A DNA stretch of 64,000 nucleotides from Rebecca billardiae RCC1528. Its lineage: Eukaryota > Protista > Haptophyta. The stretch lies in NCBI GenBank assembly GCA_965240325.2, contig OZ251228.1, positions 2,418,001-2,482,000 of the forward strand, read 5' to 3'. The position numbers and the translations under genes were made by a program. Position 1 is the first letter of the stretch; each line of letters begins with the position of its first letter. The notes under the pieces are model-generated. The model was not told the origin of the DNA. It saw only the letters and a list, made by a program, of their open reading frames with translations, and searched no databases. Positions 10,764 to 22,781 of the stretch are shown here, piece after piece.

Positions 10764-12190
10764 ATGCGTGTCTCGCTCGTCGCATCAGCTGTGCTCGCGG
10801 TGCTCTGTGACCTGAGGTGCAGCGCAGCTGCTGATGCGCGGCACGGCCCAGCTTCGGCCGAGCCGTGGTCGTTCGCACCGTTTGATCCCAAGTGGACGGC
10901 GCCGAACTGGGGCAAGCTTGATCGGGACGGCTACGTGTACATCCGCAACTTTGTCACCGGGAATGTGCAGCAGTGGAGCCGCCGGACGACCGCCACCTGG
11001 GAGAAGAATGTGGTCAAATTCCCTGGCCCAGGCAGCCGCGCGAGAGACGGCCCGGAGGCCGTACGGCTGCGAAAGGCGGTCCGGATGCTCATGAGCAATA
11101 TCACGCACTCGCAGAAGACGTCTCTGAGCGTCGACTACATCAAAGACTCGATCCACTGCGACGACGGTGCCACCACCTCGTACTACTTCTCCTCGGGCAC
11201 ACCGGCCAACAAGCAAGCGGCTGACGAGCTCAACAAGGTGATGGGCAACATCTTGTCGTTCGCCAAGGGGCTGGACTGGCACACGGATATGTCGTTCATC
11301 TGGGACCCGGACCACGAGGCATCTCACGAGTGGCTGGTACGCGTCGCCTGCGTGCTCGTGCGCTCGTCGTCCGCTTGTTGTGAGCTGCGTGCAGGCTGCC
11401 GGCTCTGGGCACTGCACCACTGAGCGGCTCCCCGGCCCCCCGTGTGCACGTGCGTCCCCGTCCCCCGCGCTCGCTCGAACTAACATCCACACGCGCGCCG
11501 TATGCATCATCGTGTGCAGAACTTCTACATTCCCGTCTTCAAGGTGCGCATCTGGCGCGCCCAGGCTGCATCCGCCGTACTCACTCAGCATGCGAGCCGG
11601 CACTCGCTCACTGATCCCTCGCCCCTGCCGCGCGCCGCGTCGTTTGCGATGCTGCACAGCGGCGCCGGGACGACGCCAACCTCGAGTTTCTCCCGTTCTC
11701 GGCCATCCCTGACCTGCGCGACATGCTCGAGGGCTCGTGTTCTAAGGGTTACATGCTGGCGCCGCGCAATTCTCCGGCTGGTGGCAAGCCGGTGGCAGGC
11801 AAAAAGGGCAAAGGGCAGAACGGGAAAGGCGGGCACAGCGGAGCGAGCCGCAGCAAGAACGCGACGAGCGGCATGAAGGTCGTTGAGCACGACCTGATGG
11901 GCTGTGCATCCACGCGCTCGTTTGAGGGCTCAATCCTGGACAAGGCGATCGCACCCAAGCTCGCCGAGGGGGACCTGCTCATCCTGCGCGGCGACGTCAT
12001 TCACAGGACGGGCAAGCGCAGCCACCTGCCATTCCGCCTCGCCCTGTCTCTGCGCGCGCTCAAGACGCCCACTGAGGAGTCCATGGCCCGCCAGTGCATC
12101 CTCCGCCGCGCGGCGCGCACGGCCACCGACGTGAGTCGATCGAGGTACAACCAGCTGCTGTGCGACCCGGCGAAGAGGCGCTCGCAGTGA
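10764..12190 (+). CDS. Phytanoyl-CoA-dioxygenase-like (PhyH) 2OG-Fe(II) oxygenase with N-terminal signal peptide; exons 10764-11336, 11520-11543, 11660-12190
   Basis: DGYVYIRNF, WHTD (HxD), spliced WL|NFYIPVFK|RRRDDANLEFLPFS, GDLLILRGDVIHRT (distal His), RLALSLR (2OG-binding R-x-x-x-S-like). GT-AG introns keep the frame. Confidence 0.75.
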
Positions 12191-12563
12191 GGCGCGGCTC
12201 ATGACGTCAGCCTGTCATTGACCGCCGTGAGTTGGACCGTCGCCGGGTGACCATCGCAGGGCCCAGGCTGCTGGAGTTGCGCAACTCACTGGGTGGCAAG
12301 AGCATGACTACGCACGAGAGAGCCGATCGCCGCCACTGAAGGACTGCGGCTCACAGGTGAGTCGAGTCGAGCTCCTGCTAGAGTTCTGCAGACTACGTAG
12401 CAGGGCGAGCATCATGCGCAACCGGCCGGAGCCAGAGGGTGCCGCCTGTGCAGCTTGCATCCGGACTCGGAACGTCTGAAGCCCTGACAACGGTGAAGAG
12501 TGAAGACAGTCCGAAACTTGAAACCGCCCGCCCAAATTTTGACGCGCTTTGGCTGCTGCTGCC

Positions 12564-12998
12564 ATGGCGGCACCGACTGTTGAGCAGCGCGCCTCGTCGC
12601 CGCGACCTCGAGCCGAGGGCGGGGCGCGCGCGGGGCTGGTGCGCCGCCCGGGTGGGCAGAACCGCCCGATCACACCACCGGCTCGGCCTTCGCCCAGCCT
12701 CTCCACGGCGAGCGCCCCGTCGGCACCCGCGCCCGCCGCGGGCGCAGCGCGCCCGGCCACGGGCAAGACGCCGCCGTCCGCGCCGAGCGCCAAGCGCGTC
12801 GTGCGCCCGCTCGAGGCCGGCGCGACGGACGGCGCGGCGGGTGGCGCGACCAGCGGCACGACGCCGCGCGCGCTCGACCCGGCCGCGCCGGGCACGATCG
12901 CCACGCCGCGCGCGTACGTGACCGAGGGCGCGCACTTTGACCACGAGCCGCACCAGAGGCGGCCGCCGTCGCCGCCGGCCGAGAGCGGCAGCGGCGGG

Positions 12999-13039
<41 letters not shown>

Positions 13040-14949
13040 GGCGCGGCGCGAGGCGTGGGGCGCGGCGCCGCCGCGCGGCGCCAACCGCGCCTCCCCGACC
13101 CACCGCCCGCCGCCGCCGCTGCCCGGGACCGTGCAGCAGCAGCAGGCGCAGCAGCGCGAGGCGCAGCACGCGCAGGCGCACAGGCTGGAGCGCGCGCTGC
13201 ACACGATCCAGCAGCTGGAGGCGCAGCTGGCGGAGGCGCGCGGGGAGCGGACGGAGATCTGGGAGCGCGCGCGCTCCGACGCGCAGGCGATGGCCACCGT
13301 CGCCCGCTCGATCGAGGGCAACCAGGGCGCACTCGCCACCGCGGTGGAGACGCTGCAGGCGCAGCTCGGCGCGGCCAAGGCCGACGCGGCGCGCGTGTGG
13401 GAGCAGAACCGCGCGGACAAGCGCGTGTTCGAGCGGATGGCGCGCGAGCTCGAGCGGCAGGTAAAGGAGCTCGAGCGCGTGCGCGACGGCGCGATCGCGC
13501 AGGCGCGCGAGGCCTCCGCGCGGCTCAAGGAGGCCACGCACCACATCGGCGCGCTGCAGGCCGAGCTGGCGCAGGCGCGCGCGGGCGCGGAGCGGCAGGC
13601 GCGCGCGGACGCGGCCGGCGCCGCGCGCGAGCTGCGCGGCCTGAAGGAGTGGGTGCGCGCGGCGCGCGAGCGGGACACGGTGGAGCGCGCGCTGTACTGC
13701 GACGAGCTCGCCGCGCTCGAGGCCGCCGCGCCGAGCGGCCCAGCGCACGCGCCCACCGCCGGCGGCGCGTCCGCCCACTCACCCAGGCTGAGCACGGCCG
13801 AGCGCGCCGCGGCCGGCGCGCGCGCGCCGGACGGCGACGCCGCCGCGTCGAGGCGCGTGCACCACGCGCTCGCCGCGCAGCTCGAGCTGCTGCAGGCCTC
13901 CGTGCGCGACTCCGCCGACCGCGAGCGCGCCGCCGAGGCGACCACCGCCGCGCTGCGCGAGAGCCTGCGCGCCGCGCACGCCGAGTCCGCCTCGGCGCGC
14001 GCCGAGCGCGCCCGGCTGGCGCAGCAGCTGGCGGACACGCGCGCGCACATCGAGCTGCTCGACGCGTCCGCTGGGTCGGGCGGCGCGGGTGGCGCGGGGG
14101 CGGGCGGCTCGGAGGCGACGGCGCGCGTGCGCGCGCTCGTGAGCGAGAAGCGCGCGCTCGCGGCCGAGCTCGAGCGCGCGAGGGAGGAGGCAGCGGAGGC
14201 GCGCGCGCGCGCGGAGCGCGCAGAGGCGAGTGGCGCGCGCGAGGCGGAGGCGGCGGCGCGCCGCGCGCGCGCGCTCGAGGAGGACAAGTCGGAGCTGCGC
14301 GCGCGCGCGGCGGCCGAGGCGGAGCGCGCGCAGGGCGTGCGCGCGCAGCTCGGCCAGTTCGCCGCCGATCGGGTGCGCGCCGTGCTGCGTGCGAGCCCGC
14401 CTCCGCCGCGGGCAGCCGCGCGCGCGCGCGCGCGCGCGCGCGGCGTGGCGCGCCTGCCACCGCCGCGCCCGCTGCGCCGCGGAGGGAGCGGACGCGCCAC
14501 GCCGAGTGGCGGCCCGCGGCCGACCCTCTGCTCACCGCACCCCGCCCCACGCGCGCGTGGCCGTGCTGCCGCAGGAGTTCTGCCTCGAGGCGCTGCAGCA
14601 GCTCAAGCGGCAGGTGGCGTCGCTGAGCTCCGAGCGAGACGCGCTGCGCGGCCGACTGAGCGAGGTGCGGCCACGCGCAGCGCGCGACGCGCGTGGCGCG
14701 CGCCTCTTGCCCGCTGCGCAAGCGGCTGCGAGGGAGGGGTTGCAGCGCGTGGGACGGGGCGCCCACGTGCGTGCGCGCCGCTCATGGCTGAGCCGCGCCC
14801 GGCGCTCTCGCGTCCCTCGCCCAACCGCGCGCCCACGCCGCCCACCTGCGCCGGCGCAGGCGAGCAGCGAGGCGGAGCAGCCGCGCGCCACTGTCAACGG
14901 CTCCGGCCGTCGACGACGGGGCAGCGGCGGCGGCGGCAGCGGCAGCTAG
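12564..14949 (+). CDS. Coiled-coil protein of unknown function; exons 12564-14372, 14575-14664, 14860-14949
   Basis: Long heptad-rich A/E/R/Q helices (LERALHTIQQLEAQLAE, FERMARELERQVKELER). Two GTGCG..CAG introns join in frame to stop 14949. Confidence 0.7.
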
Positions 14950-15603
14950 CCACTACAGTCTATTGCTACTCCGTCTGACTGACGACCGTGACCGTCTCTG
15001 ACCGCAGACCGCTCTCCGATGATATTATTAAATTAAGTTATTCAGCGCTGCGCGGCTACGGACACGGTAATCGGTCTTATTTATCGGAGTCCCGGCGGAG
15101 TCACTGTCACTGATGCTGCTGACGGACAGCAATATTTTATTAAATAATTTTACGACGTTATTAAAGAATGACTCCATCACATGTAAATTGACTCGGACTG
15201 CTTGAGAGTTGAGACTCTTGAGAGTGCTAGTAGTTACTAGTTAGTGTCTCTCAGACTCAAAAGCAAATAGTCCGATTCAGTCATTCAGCAAGCAGCGGGC
15301 ATATAAGCCACTGGCCGTCATTAGGCCCGCGGCGCCAGCGCCGAGCGCGGCATCTCGTCATCGGCATCAATATATGACTCTGCCGAGCCGGGCCCGCCGC
15401 CATCTGTAGTCAATCATAATGTCACATCTTGATACAGCTTGACTCGTGACACTAGTCAGACACCGTGTAGTGCGGCGACGGCTTACCCGCTTACCCGCCA
15501 GTCCCGCCTGGGCTGCCGTGGGCACCGGGGTAGTCTCTGGCATGCAATGCTACTTGTGCCTGGTAGCACGTGGTGGGCTTGGCGGCGAGGAGGAGTGCCG
15601 GTT

Positions 15604-15912
15604 TCAGTTGCGCTTCTTCTCCTCGATGGGCGCCGCACGCCTGCTGCCGGCCGTTTGTGCGGCCTCGCGTCGCGCCGCGCGGTCGTTTGCCCATCGCGAG
15701 AGCTGCTTGATCGGGAAGATCACCGCCGGCACGACCACGTCAAAGAGCAGCGCAAGGACCACGAGCACGACGAACATGGAGACAAAGGGGTGCGCCTCGA
15801 CAAGCGCTTGTACGCCTGTGGGGGTCCGCCCCGTGATCGCGCACACAACTTCGAGCAGCGCGGTCAGCGCTCGTATTAGCAGCTCCTCGGCGGGCGAGGT
15901 GGCCGGCGCCAT
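15604..15912 (-). CDS. Small single-pass membrane protein (~102 aa)
   Basis: MAPATSPAEELL..., hydrophobic FVSMFVVLVVLALLFDVVVPAVIF followed by a basic tail; GC-rich island within AT-richer flanks. Confidence 0.55.
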   Translation of the reverse strand: MAPATSPAEELLIRALTALLEVVCAITGRTPTGVQALVEAHPFVSMFVVLVVLALLFDVVVPAVIFPIKQLSRWANDRAARREAAQTAGSRRAAPIEEKKRN

Positions 15913-16900
15913 GCTGCCTTCCAGCCTGCTGAAAAGCGCCGCGCTGCGCAAGCTGCAGAAGCCGCCGACTTTTGAATTCTTTTTTTCAATAAAACACCGA
16001 TGGCAGGATGTGCTTGCGCATGCGCACGTCGACTGTCTCCGCGAGTACTGACCGGCTCATACTTCATAGCTTCATCTGTCAGTCAGGTCACAACTCACAT
16101 GTCACAAGTAGTGTCAGACAGTCAGACAATCAGGCGCATCGTAGAGTGCTAATACGGCTCTCGCACTCACTCAGAGTAAAGAGTCAAAGACGCGGAGGCA
16201 TTGTCAACGTCGTACGGTCGTAATGCTAAATCGTTTAATAGCTTACGGACACGGTAATAACGGCTTGAGCTTCGTTCGGAGCCATCAATCACTGATGCGC
16301 GCTCGCTCAATCGCTGCCCGAGTGAGTCGCCGCCGAGTTTAAGTGACTACTACTAGTAGTTACTACTAGTATACTAGCAGTGATCGTAGTCTGCTTACTT
16401 AGCCTACGACTGTACTTAGTTCGAGCGCACCGCGGCTCGGACAGCGCGCGCGGCCCCGTCCTGCCTGGCCGCCAGGACGCCAGATGTCCAGACGGCGCCT
16501 GTGAGTAGTGTGAGTGTGATGACCCGCGGTCGCGCCCGCGGCCGCGGCCGCGGCCGCGGGCGGCCCGCGGCAGGCCCCGCCGCGCCGCGCGCAGTGGCCG
16601 CGCCCGGGCTTGGTCCGCGACAGGCGACCGGGCGACCGCCGCGCGGCCGTACCTGTCGTCGCAGCAGCAGTCAGTAGTGGCTCACAATTGACGCGCGATC
16701 GATCGACATACTACGCGGCGGTGTGTTCGTAGCAGTCCGAGACGGTAGTGGCTCACAGTTGACGCGATCGACACGGACATACTTATAAGTTAAGTACTAC
16801 GGTGTGTCCCTAGCAGACCCGCAGTCACCAGGTAGCCGTAAACCGTGACGGTGACACTCGTCAGCATGATTCTAAGTGACGACAGCAGTACGTACCGTTG

Positions 16901-18496
16901 TCAGTACAGCTCGACGAGGGAGCCCGCGCCCCACTCAAGGTCGCGCGCCGAGCGAGGCGGCTGCAGGTTGTCGTCCAGCTGGCCGCGCAGCACGGAGAGC
17001 GGCAGCGGGCCCACGCCCTCCGGCCCCGCGCCGTCGCCGCGCGAGCCGCGCCCCGAGTCCGCGCCTTTCCCCCCGCGCCAGCCCCCGTACCCCAGCCCGC
17101 GCCCGCCGTGCGGCCACAGTGCCGCGCCCGGCAGGTTTGGCCCCCAGCGTGCGCGCGGCAGCCACTCGTGCCGCGTGGCGACGCTCTGCAGCGGCGGGAG
17201 CGGCGAGCCGAGGAGCAGCGTGCGCGCGCACATGGCGAGCAGGCAGAAGCACAGCACCACCGCCACCACCAGCCCGAGCAGCTCGAGCTGCTCCAGCACC
17301 TCCGCGTTCGCCTCCCGATTCGAGTGCGCATCGCCCACGTGGCTGTGGTGCCACCGGCCGTGCGCGGCGTCGCGCAAGTCCGGGAGCAGCCGGTGCTCCT
17401 CGGTGGCGGCGGGCGGGGAGGGCGGCGGGTGCGAGTGGGAGAACTCGATCTCGGGCTCCCGCCGCCAGTCCACCGCCGTGTGCCTCTGGATGAGCACGAG
17501 CACCGCGACGATCGCCGCGAGCAGCAGCAGTGCGCGCAGCACCCGCTCCCACAGCCGGGTGCCCCACACCGAGCGCGGCAGCCGCGTCCACACGACCGCG
17601 TCGATGGCGACGAGGAGGAGGAAGAGCGCGAGCACGGCGTAGCAGGCCCAGTCGATCGGCACGCGCGGCAGCCACGCGGCGAGGCCCGTCGCCTCGCCCG
17701 GCGGCGGCGGCGGCGCGGGCGGCGGCGCGGGCGGCGAGGGCGGCGCGGGCGGCGACGACGGCGGATGCGGCGGCCACGGCGGCGTCGGCGGCGGCGTCGG
17801 CGGCGGCGGCGAGGAGCGCGGCGGCGCGGCGGCCGCGTGCGAGCCCCGCGCGCCGGCCCCTGGCGGCGGGCTCGGCGACGGCGCGGGCGAGGGCGGCGCG
17901 GGCGGCGGGCTCGGCGACGCGGGCGGCGGGCTCGGCGACGGGCTCGGCGGCGGCGGCGAGTGCGGCGGCGGCGCGCTCGGCGGCGCGTGCGGCGGCGGCG
18001 AGGGGCTGGGCGGCGGCTGGGGCATGGGCGGCGGGGGCGAGCGCACGCACTGCGCCTCGACGAACGCTGGGTGGTCCGTCACCGCCACCGCGCCGTCGAG
18101 CAGCTGCGTGCGCTCGCCGTGCACGCCCTGGAGCACCGCGCCCTCCAGTAGCACCTCGCACGACGGGCGGTGGTGCTCGGCGAGGCTCGAGAGGAGGCGC
18201 GAGCCGTCGGAGGCGATGGCAGAGACCGAGATGATCCGCGCGTGCGCGAGCATCTGCTCCGTCGCCCACTCCACGCGGTCGAGGTGCATCGTGCGCAGCT
18301 CGGCGCACGTCGCGAACGCGCGCGCGTCGCCGTTCGATCCGCCGCACGTGCGTCGTGCGAGGTCGAGCGTGTAGTCGGCGATGGAGAACGGGAGGCCCGT
18401 TCGTCTGAGCTCCGCCGCGGGCAGCGCACGCGGCGGCGAGCGCGCGCTCGCCACGGCGAGCGCGAGGATGACGGTGGCGCCCCGATGTAGGCGCAT
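16901..18496 (-). CDS. Membrane protein with signal peptide, extensin-like Ser/Pro stalk and about 3 TM helices
   Basis: MRLHRGATVILALAVASA signal, (SPPP/PPSP)n region ~17700-18040, hydrophobic segments YAVLALFLLLVAIDAVVW, ALLLLAAIVAVLVLI, LLGLVVAVVLCFCLLAM. Confidence 0.7.
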   Translation of the reverse strand: MRLHRGATVILALAVASARSPPRALPAAELRRTGLPFSIADYTLDLARRTCGGSNGDARAFATCAELRTMHLDRVEWATEQMLAHARIISVSAIASDGSRLLSSLAEHHRPSCEVLLEGAVLQGVHGERTQLLDGAVAVTDHPAFVEAQCVRSPPPPMPQPPPSPSPPPHAPPSAPPPHSPPPPSPSPSPPPASPSPPPAPPSPAPSPSPPPGAGARGSHAAAAPPRSSPPPPTPPPTPPWPPHPPSSPPAPPSPPAPPPAPPPPPGEATGLAAWLPRVPIDWACYAVLALFLLLVAIDAVVWTRLPRSVWGTRLWERVLRALLLLAAIVAVLVLIQRHTAVDWRREPEIEFSHSHPPPSPPAATEEHRLLPDLRDAAHGRWHHSHVGDAHSNREANAEVLEQLELLGLVVAVVLCFCLLAMCARTLLLGSPLPPLQSVATRHEWLPRARWGPNLPGAALWPHGGRGLGYGGWRGGKGADSGRGSRGDGAGPEGVGPLPLSVLRGQLDDNLQPPRSARDLEWGAGSLVELY

Positions 18497-18714
18497 GCTG
18501 CTGCAGGGCGGCATGACACTTGGCCGACGAGCAGCAGGCAGCAAGGCGGCAAGCAAGCTTCACAGATCGGCGGTTTGACTGTTTGAAGCCGCCGGTTGTT
18601 TCTCTTCCCATCAACTCTTCCTGCCGGCGGGCCAAATTTGGGCTGTTTGGCCAAAGTCTTTTGGCGGCCGAGGCTGCATCGGGTGGCCGCCTGGCCGGTG
18701 CACTGTGCAGCCTG

Positions 18715-19845
18715 GCCCGGGCCAAGGGGAGTCAGGGTACAGCACGTCCAGTTGGGCTGCAGCTGGAGCTTGGGTACAAAAGCTTCCCGCGGCGCAGCGG
18801 CACTCGCCGCCGCCGCCGCCGTCGAGGGACGGTTGTGGCGCGCACGGCGTGAGCCGCTGCGGGCGCTGAGGTGCGCGCGACGGCGGCGCGCCCGGCGGCG
18901 CTGCTGTAGGAGGCCACTGCCCTCCTCTCTGCCCCGCGCGCTTCGCTCGTCGTCGCCGTCTCCGCGCCTGCGACTCAGCGCGCACGCGAGCGCGGCACCG
19001 CCCGGCAGCCGGGGCAATCTCTGCCGTGACTGCGCATGTGCGTCGCGACCTGGTCGGCCCAGCGCGCGAGGCGCGTGCGGGCGAGGTAGGGCCAGTATGG
19101 GCGCGCGCCATGCCGCCTCAAGTAATCCCATCAGAGCGTACAACAGGGAACTGAGCACGTGTGTCTGGTTGGCCGCTTGGACTGTGTTCAAGCAATGTAC
19201 GGGCCATCGTCGAGGCGATCTCGAGGCACTCAGTCAAAACGTCAGTTCAGCGCGCAGACGACCTGGGCGAGAGTCACTGACAATGTATGACTCGCATGAT
19301 CACAAAAAGCTCTGCAACTATCGCGTCTGTACGCCTACTGCCTCGATCGTGCACACTGACGTCTGCGCTTGGGTGCCGCATTGTTTGTCAACGTTGTCGA
19401 CAGAGGTGCAAGGCCCGCGACATGCCCACCGGCGCAAGGTCGAGGCGGCATGGCGCGCGCCCATACTGGCCCTACCTCGCCCGCACGCGCCTCGCGCGCT
19501 GGGCCGACCAGGTCGCGACGCACATGCGCAGTCACGGCAGAGATTGCCCCGGCTGCCGGGCGGTGCCGCGCTCGCGTGCGCGCTGAGTCGCAGGCGCGAA
19601 GACGGCGACGACGAGCGAAGCGCGCGGGGCAGAGAGGAGGGCAGTGGCCTCCTACAGCAGCGCCGCCGGGCGCGCCGCCGTCGCGCGCACCTCAGCGCCC
19701 GCAGCGGCTCACGCCGTGCGCGCCACAACCGCCCCTCGACGGCGGCGGCGGCGGCGAGTGCCGCTGCGCCGCGGGAAGCTTTTGTACCCAAGCTCCAGCT
19801 GCAGCCCAACTGGACGTGCTGTACCCTGACTCCCCTTGCCCGGGC
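18715..19845. repeat. Long near-perfect inverted repeat: arms 18715-19119 and 19442-19845, 322-bp spacer
   Basis: Arms are reverse complements over ~405 bp; I saw only 2 substitutions and one 1-bp indel. Confidence 0.95.
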
Positions 19846-19923
19846 GGTGGCGGTGGCGCCCGCGCGCGCGGTGTCGACTGTCGAGCTGAGCTGGCACCGG
19901 ACTTTTGTCAAGATCCGGCAGCA

Positions 19924-20464
19924 ATGGAGGACGGCGACGACAACACGCTGGCGGATGCGCTCCGCGCGAGCGTCGAGAGGTGGGCGGCGCCTCTGCGCGT
20001 GCGCCGCGCGCGCGGCTCGCGCGCTCGGCGCTCATCCCCCCCCTGCCCTCCCGCGCGCCGCCCGCGCGGCCCCGGCCAGCCTGCGCACGCACGCGCGCGC
20101 GCTCGCTGACGCGCAGGGGTATCAGCGCGAGCTCGAGCGTCGGATCCAGGGCCTGTGCAGCTCGGTGTGGTTCGTGCAGAAGCACGAGTACGCGCTCGCG
20201 GGCAAGTGTGGCTGCGGCTCCGACGTGCAGTACGTGCACCACCACGAGACCGCTGCGATCCGCGCCGAGACGATGGAGGCGCTCGTGAGCGCGATGCGAC
20301 AGCACCTGCTCGCCGCGCGCGGCCCGACCGCCAGCGCGCTCTTCCGCGTGGCGCAGGCGGAGTTCGAGCTGTTCGCGCGGGTGGAGCGGCACGTGCTCGT
20401 CGCCCACCCCGAGCCACCGCCGCACCAGGTGCTCGCGCTCGCCGCCGAGCTCGTCGACTGCCTG

Positions 20465-20496
<32 letters not shown>

Positions 20497-21490
20497 GCCG
20501 GACGAGCTGATGGCGCCCGTGCTGCGCCGGCTGGTGCTGCTGCTGGGCTCGCGGCTGCTTCACGCGCGCTCGCCGCCGCCGGACCTCCCGGCCGCCGTGG
20601 CGAGCACGCTGCTGCGGCGCGGCCGCGGCCACTGCGCGTGGGCAGCGTGCGTGCTGCAGCCGGAGGTGGCGGACGCGGAGCGGTCCCGCTGGCTCTGGGC
20701 GGTGCTCGTCGACGCGCCGGCGGAGCTGGGCGCGCTGCCGCCCGCGCAGGACCTCCTCGCCGTGCTGCGCCAGCTCCCACTCGCGCCCGCCGCGCTGCGC
20801 CGCGGCGCGGACGGCCTGTCAGACGAGCAGCTGAGCCGCGCGCTGCTGCAGCCGATCGCGAGGGCGGCGCGGCGCGCGGCTGAGGATGGCGGCGCGCACG
20901 GCGGCGCGCACGGCGGCGCGGCGGGGCACGGCGGCGTGCTCGAGCGGCTCGCGCTCGTGTGCGCCGCCGTCGGCGTCGTCCGCCCCGCGCTCTGCGCCGA
21001 GGCCGCCGCCGCGGCGAGCGCGGCCGGCGCGGGCGCCGCGGCCGCGGCCGCGGCCGCGCTCGCGCTGCTGCCAATCGAAGGCGCGCCGCTCGGCGCTGCG
21101 GCGCTGTGGCGCGGCGTGGCGGCGCTGTGCGGGCTGCCCGCGCTGCGGCCGGAGGACTGCCTCGCGCAGTCCGCGCCCGCGCGGCGCGCGCAGGCCGCCG
21201 CCCTCGCCCTCGCCCTCGCGCGCGCGCGCCCCGCCGTGCGCCGCGCGTACGAGGCCGCGCCCGCGCTCGCCTCCATCAACGATCTCACTGGCTACCCTCT
21301 ACTCACGTTACTCAGGCGGCTGGCGCTCGCGGCGCGCGCGCGCGAGGCGGCGGGCGAGGAGGGCGGCGAGGCGGCGAGCGTGGCGGCGTGCGTCGCGCAG
21401 CTGCTCGCCGGCGTCGCCGCCGCCGCCTCCTCCGCCGCGCTGTCGGACGCGGACGCGGCGGGAGCGGCGGGCGGCGGCGAGGGCGGCGAC

Positions 21491-21528
<38 letters not shown>

Positions 21529-21915
21529 GGCCGCGGCGGGCGCAGATGGCGATTGGGCGCGCGGCGCGAGCGTGGGCGGCGCGGAGCTGGGCGCGCTGCG
21601 CGCCGGCGCGAGCGACGCGCTGCGCCGGCTGTGCACCGCGCTGCCCGCCGTCCTCGGCCCCGCCCTGCTCGCCATCCACGTCGCCGTGAGCGCGCCCCCG
21701 CCTCCGCGCCCGCCGCCGCCGCCGCAGCCGCCGGGGCGCGCCGGCCCGGCCGCCGCCGCGCTCAGCGAGGGCGATGGCGGCGCGGCGCGCGCGCGCGTGC
21801 TCGAGGTGGTGGCCGAGCTGCCGCTGGCGGAGTGGCAGCTGCGCCGGCCGGACGTGCTCACGCTGCTCCGCCTCCTCCGCTTCCCGCCTGCGCTCGGCGA
21901 GGCGCCCGCCGCCCT

Positions 21916-21960
<45 letters not shown>

Positions 21961-22750
21961 GGAGGGCGCGCCGCGCGCGTGGCTCGACGCGGCGCTGGGC
22001 GCGAGCGGCGGCGGCGCGGGCGCGCGCGACGAGCTGAGCGTGCGCGTGGGCATGGCCGTCTTCGAGCGCATCACGCCCGAGCAGGTCGCGCCGGACGCGC
22101 GCAGCCTCGCGCTGTGTGCGCTGCTGCACGCGCGCGCTGTGACGCCTGCGGCTTGGTGGTGGCGGCAGCTGGCGGGCGCGGCGGGCGCGGCGCTCACGGC
22201 GGAGGGCGTGGACGAGGGCGTGCGCGCGCGGCTGCACGAGTGCACGCCGGCCGAGGGCGCGCCGCCGCCGCGCGGCGCGCTCAGCGCCGTCCAGTGCCTC
22301 GCCGCGCTCGCCGAGGCGGAGGTGGCCGCGGCCGCGGCCGCGCGCGGCCGCGCGGCCGCGGCCGGCGCGGGCGAGGCCGACCTTGGGGCGTCGACGGCGG
22401 AGGGCGCGGCGCGCGTCGTGCTGGTGCGCACGGCGTTCTGGCGGCGGCTGCGCGAGCTGCGCGCCGCGGCCGCCGCCGCCGCCGCCGCCTCGAGCGGCGC
22501 CGCCGCCGCGCTCTCGGGCGCCGCCGCCACGGCGACGGCGATCGCGGCGGCGGCGAGCGGCGCGCGCGCCGGCGGCGGCGGCGCGGCCGAGCGCGCGAGG
22601 GCGGTGCGCTCGGCCTTGTTGGCGCACGGCGGCGGCGGCGGCGTGGGCGAAGCGGAGGGCCCGCCGCCGCCGGTCAGCCGCGTCATCTTCGAGCGGCTGC
22701 TCACGCTCCTCGCCTCGCACTTTGTGTACGCGGGCGGAGGCGAAGGCGAA

Positions 22751-22781
<31 letters not shown>

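Noticed and set aside
16674-16822. Degenerate ~70-bp tandem duplication (GTAGTGGCTCACA.TTGACGCG)
   Set aside because: Two diverged copies only; ordinary local slippage.
18596-19923. 5' part of the 2653-aa ORF
   Set aside because: It reads through the inverted repeat with non-coding composition; ATG 19924 plus intron 19999-20116 explains the gene start.
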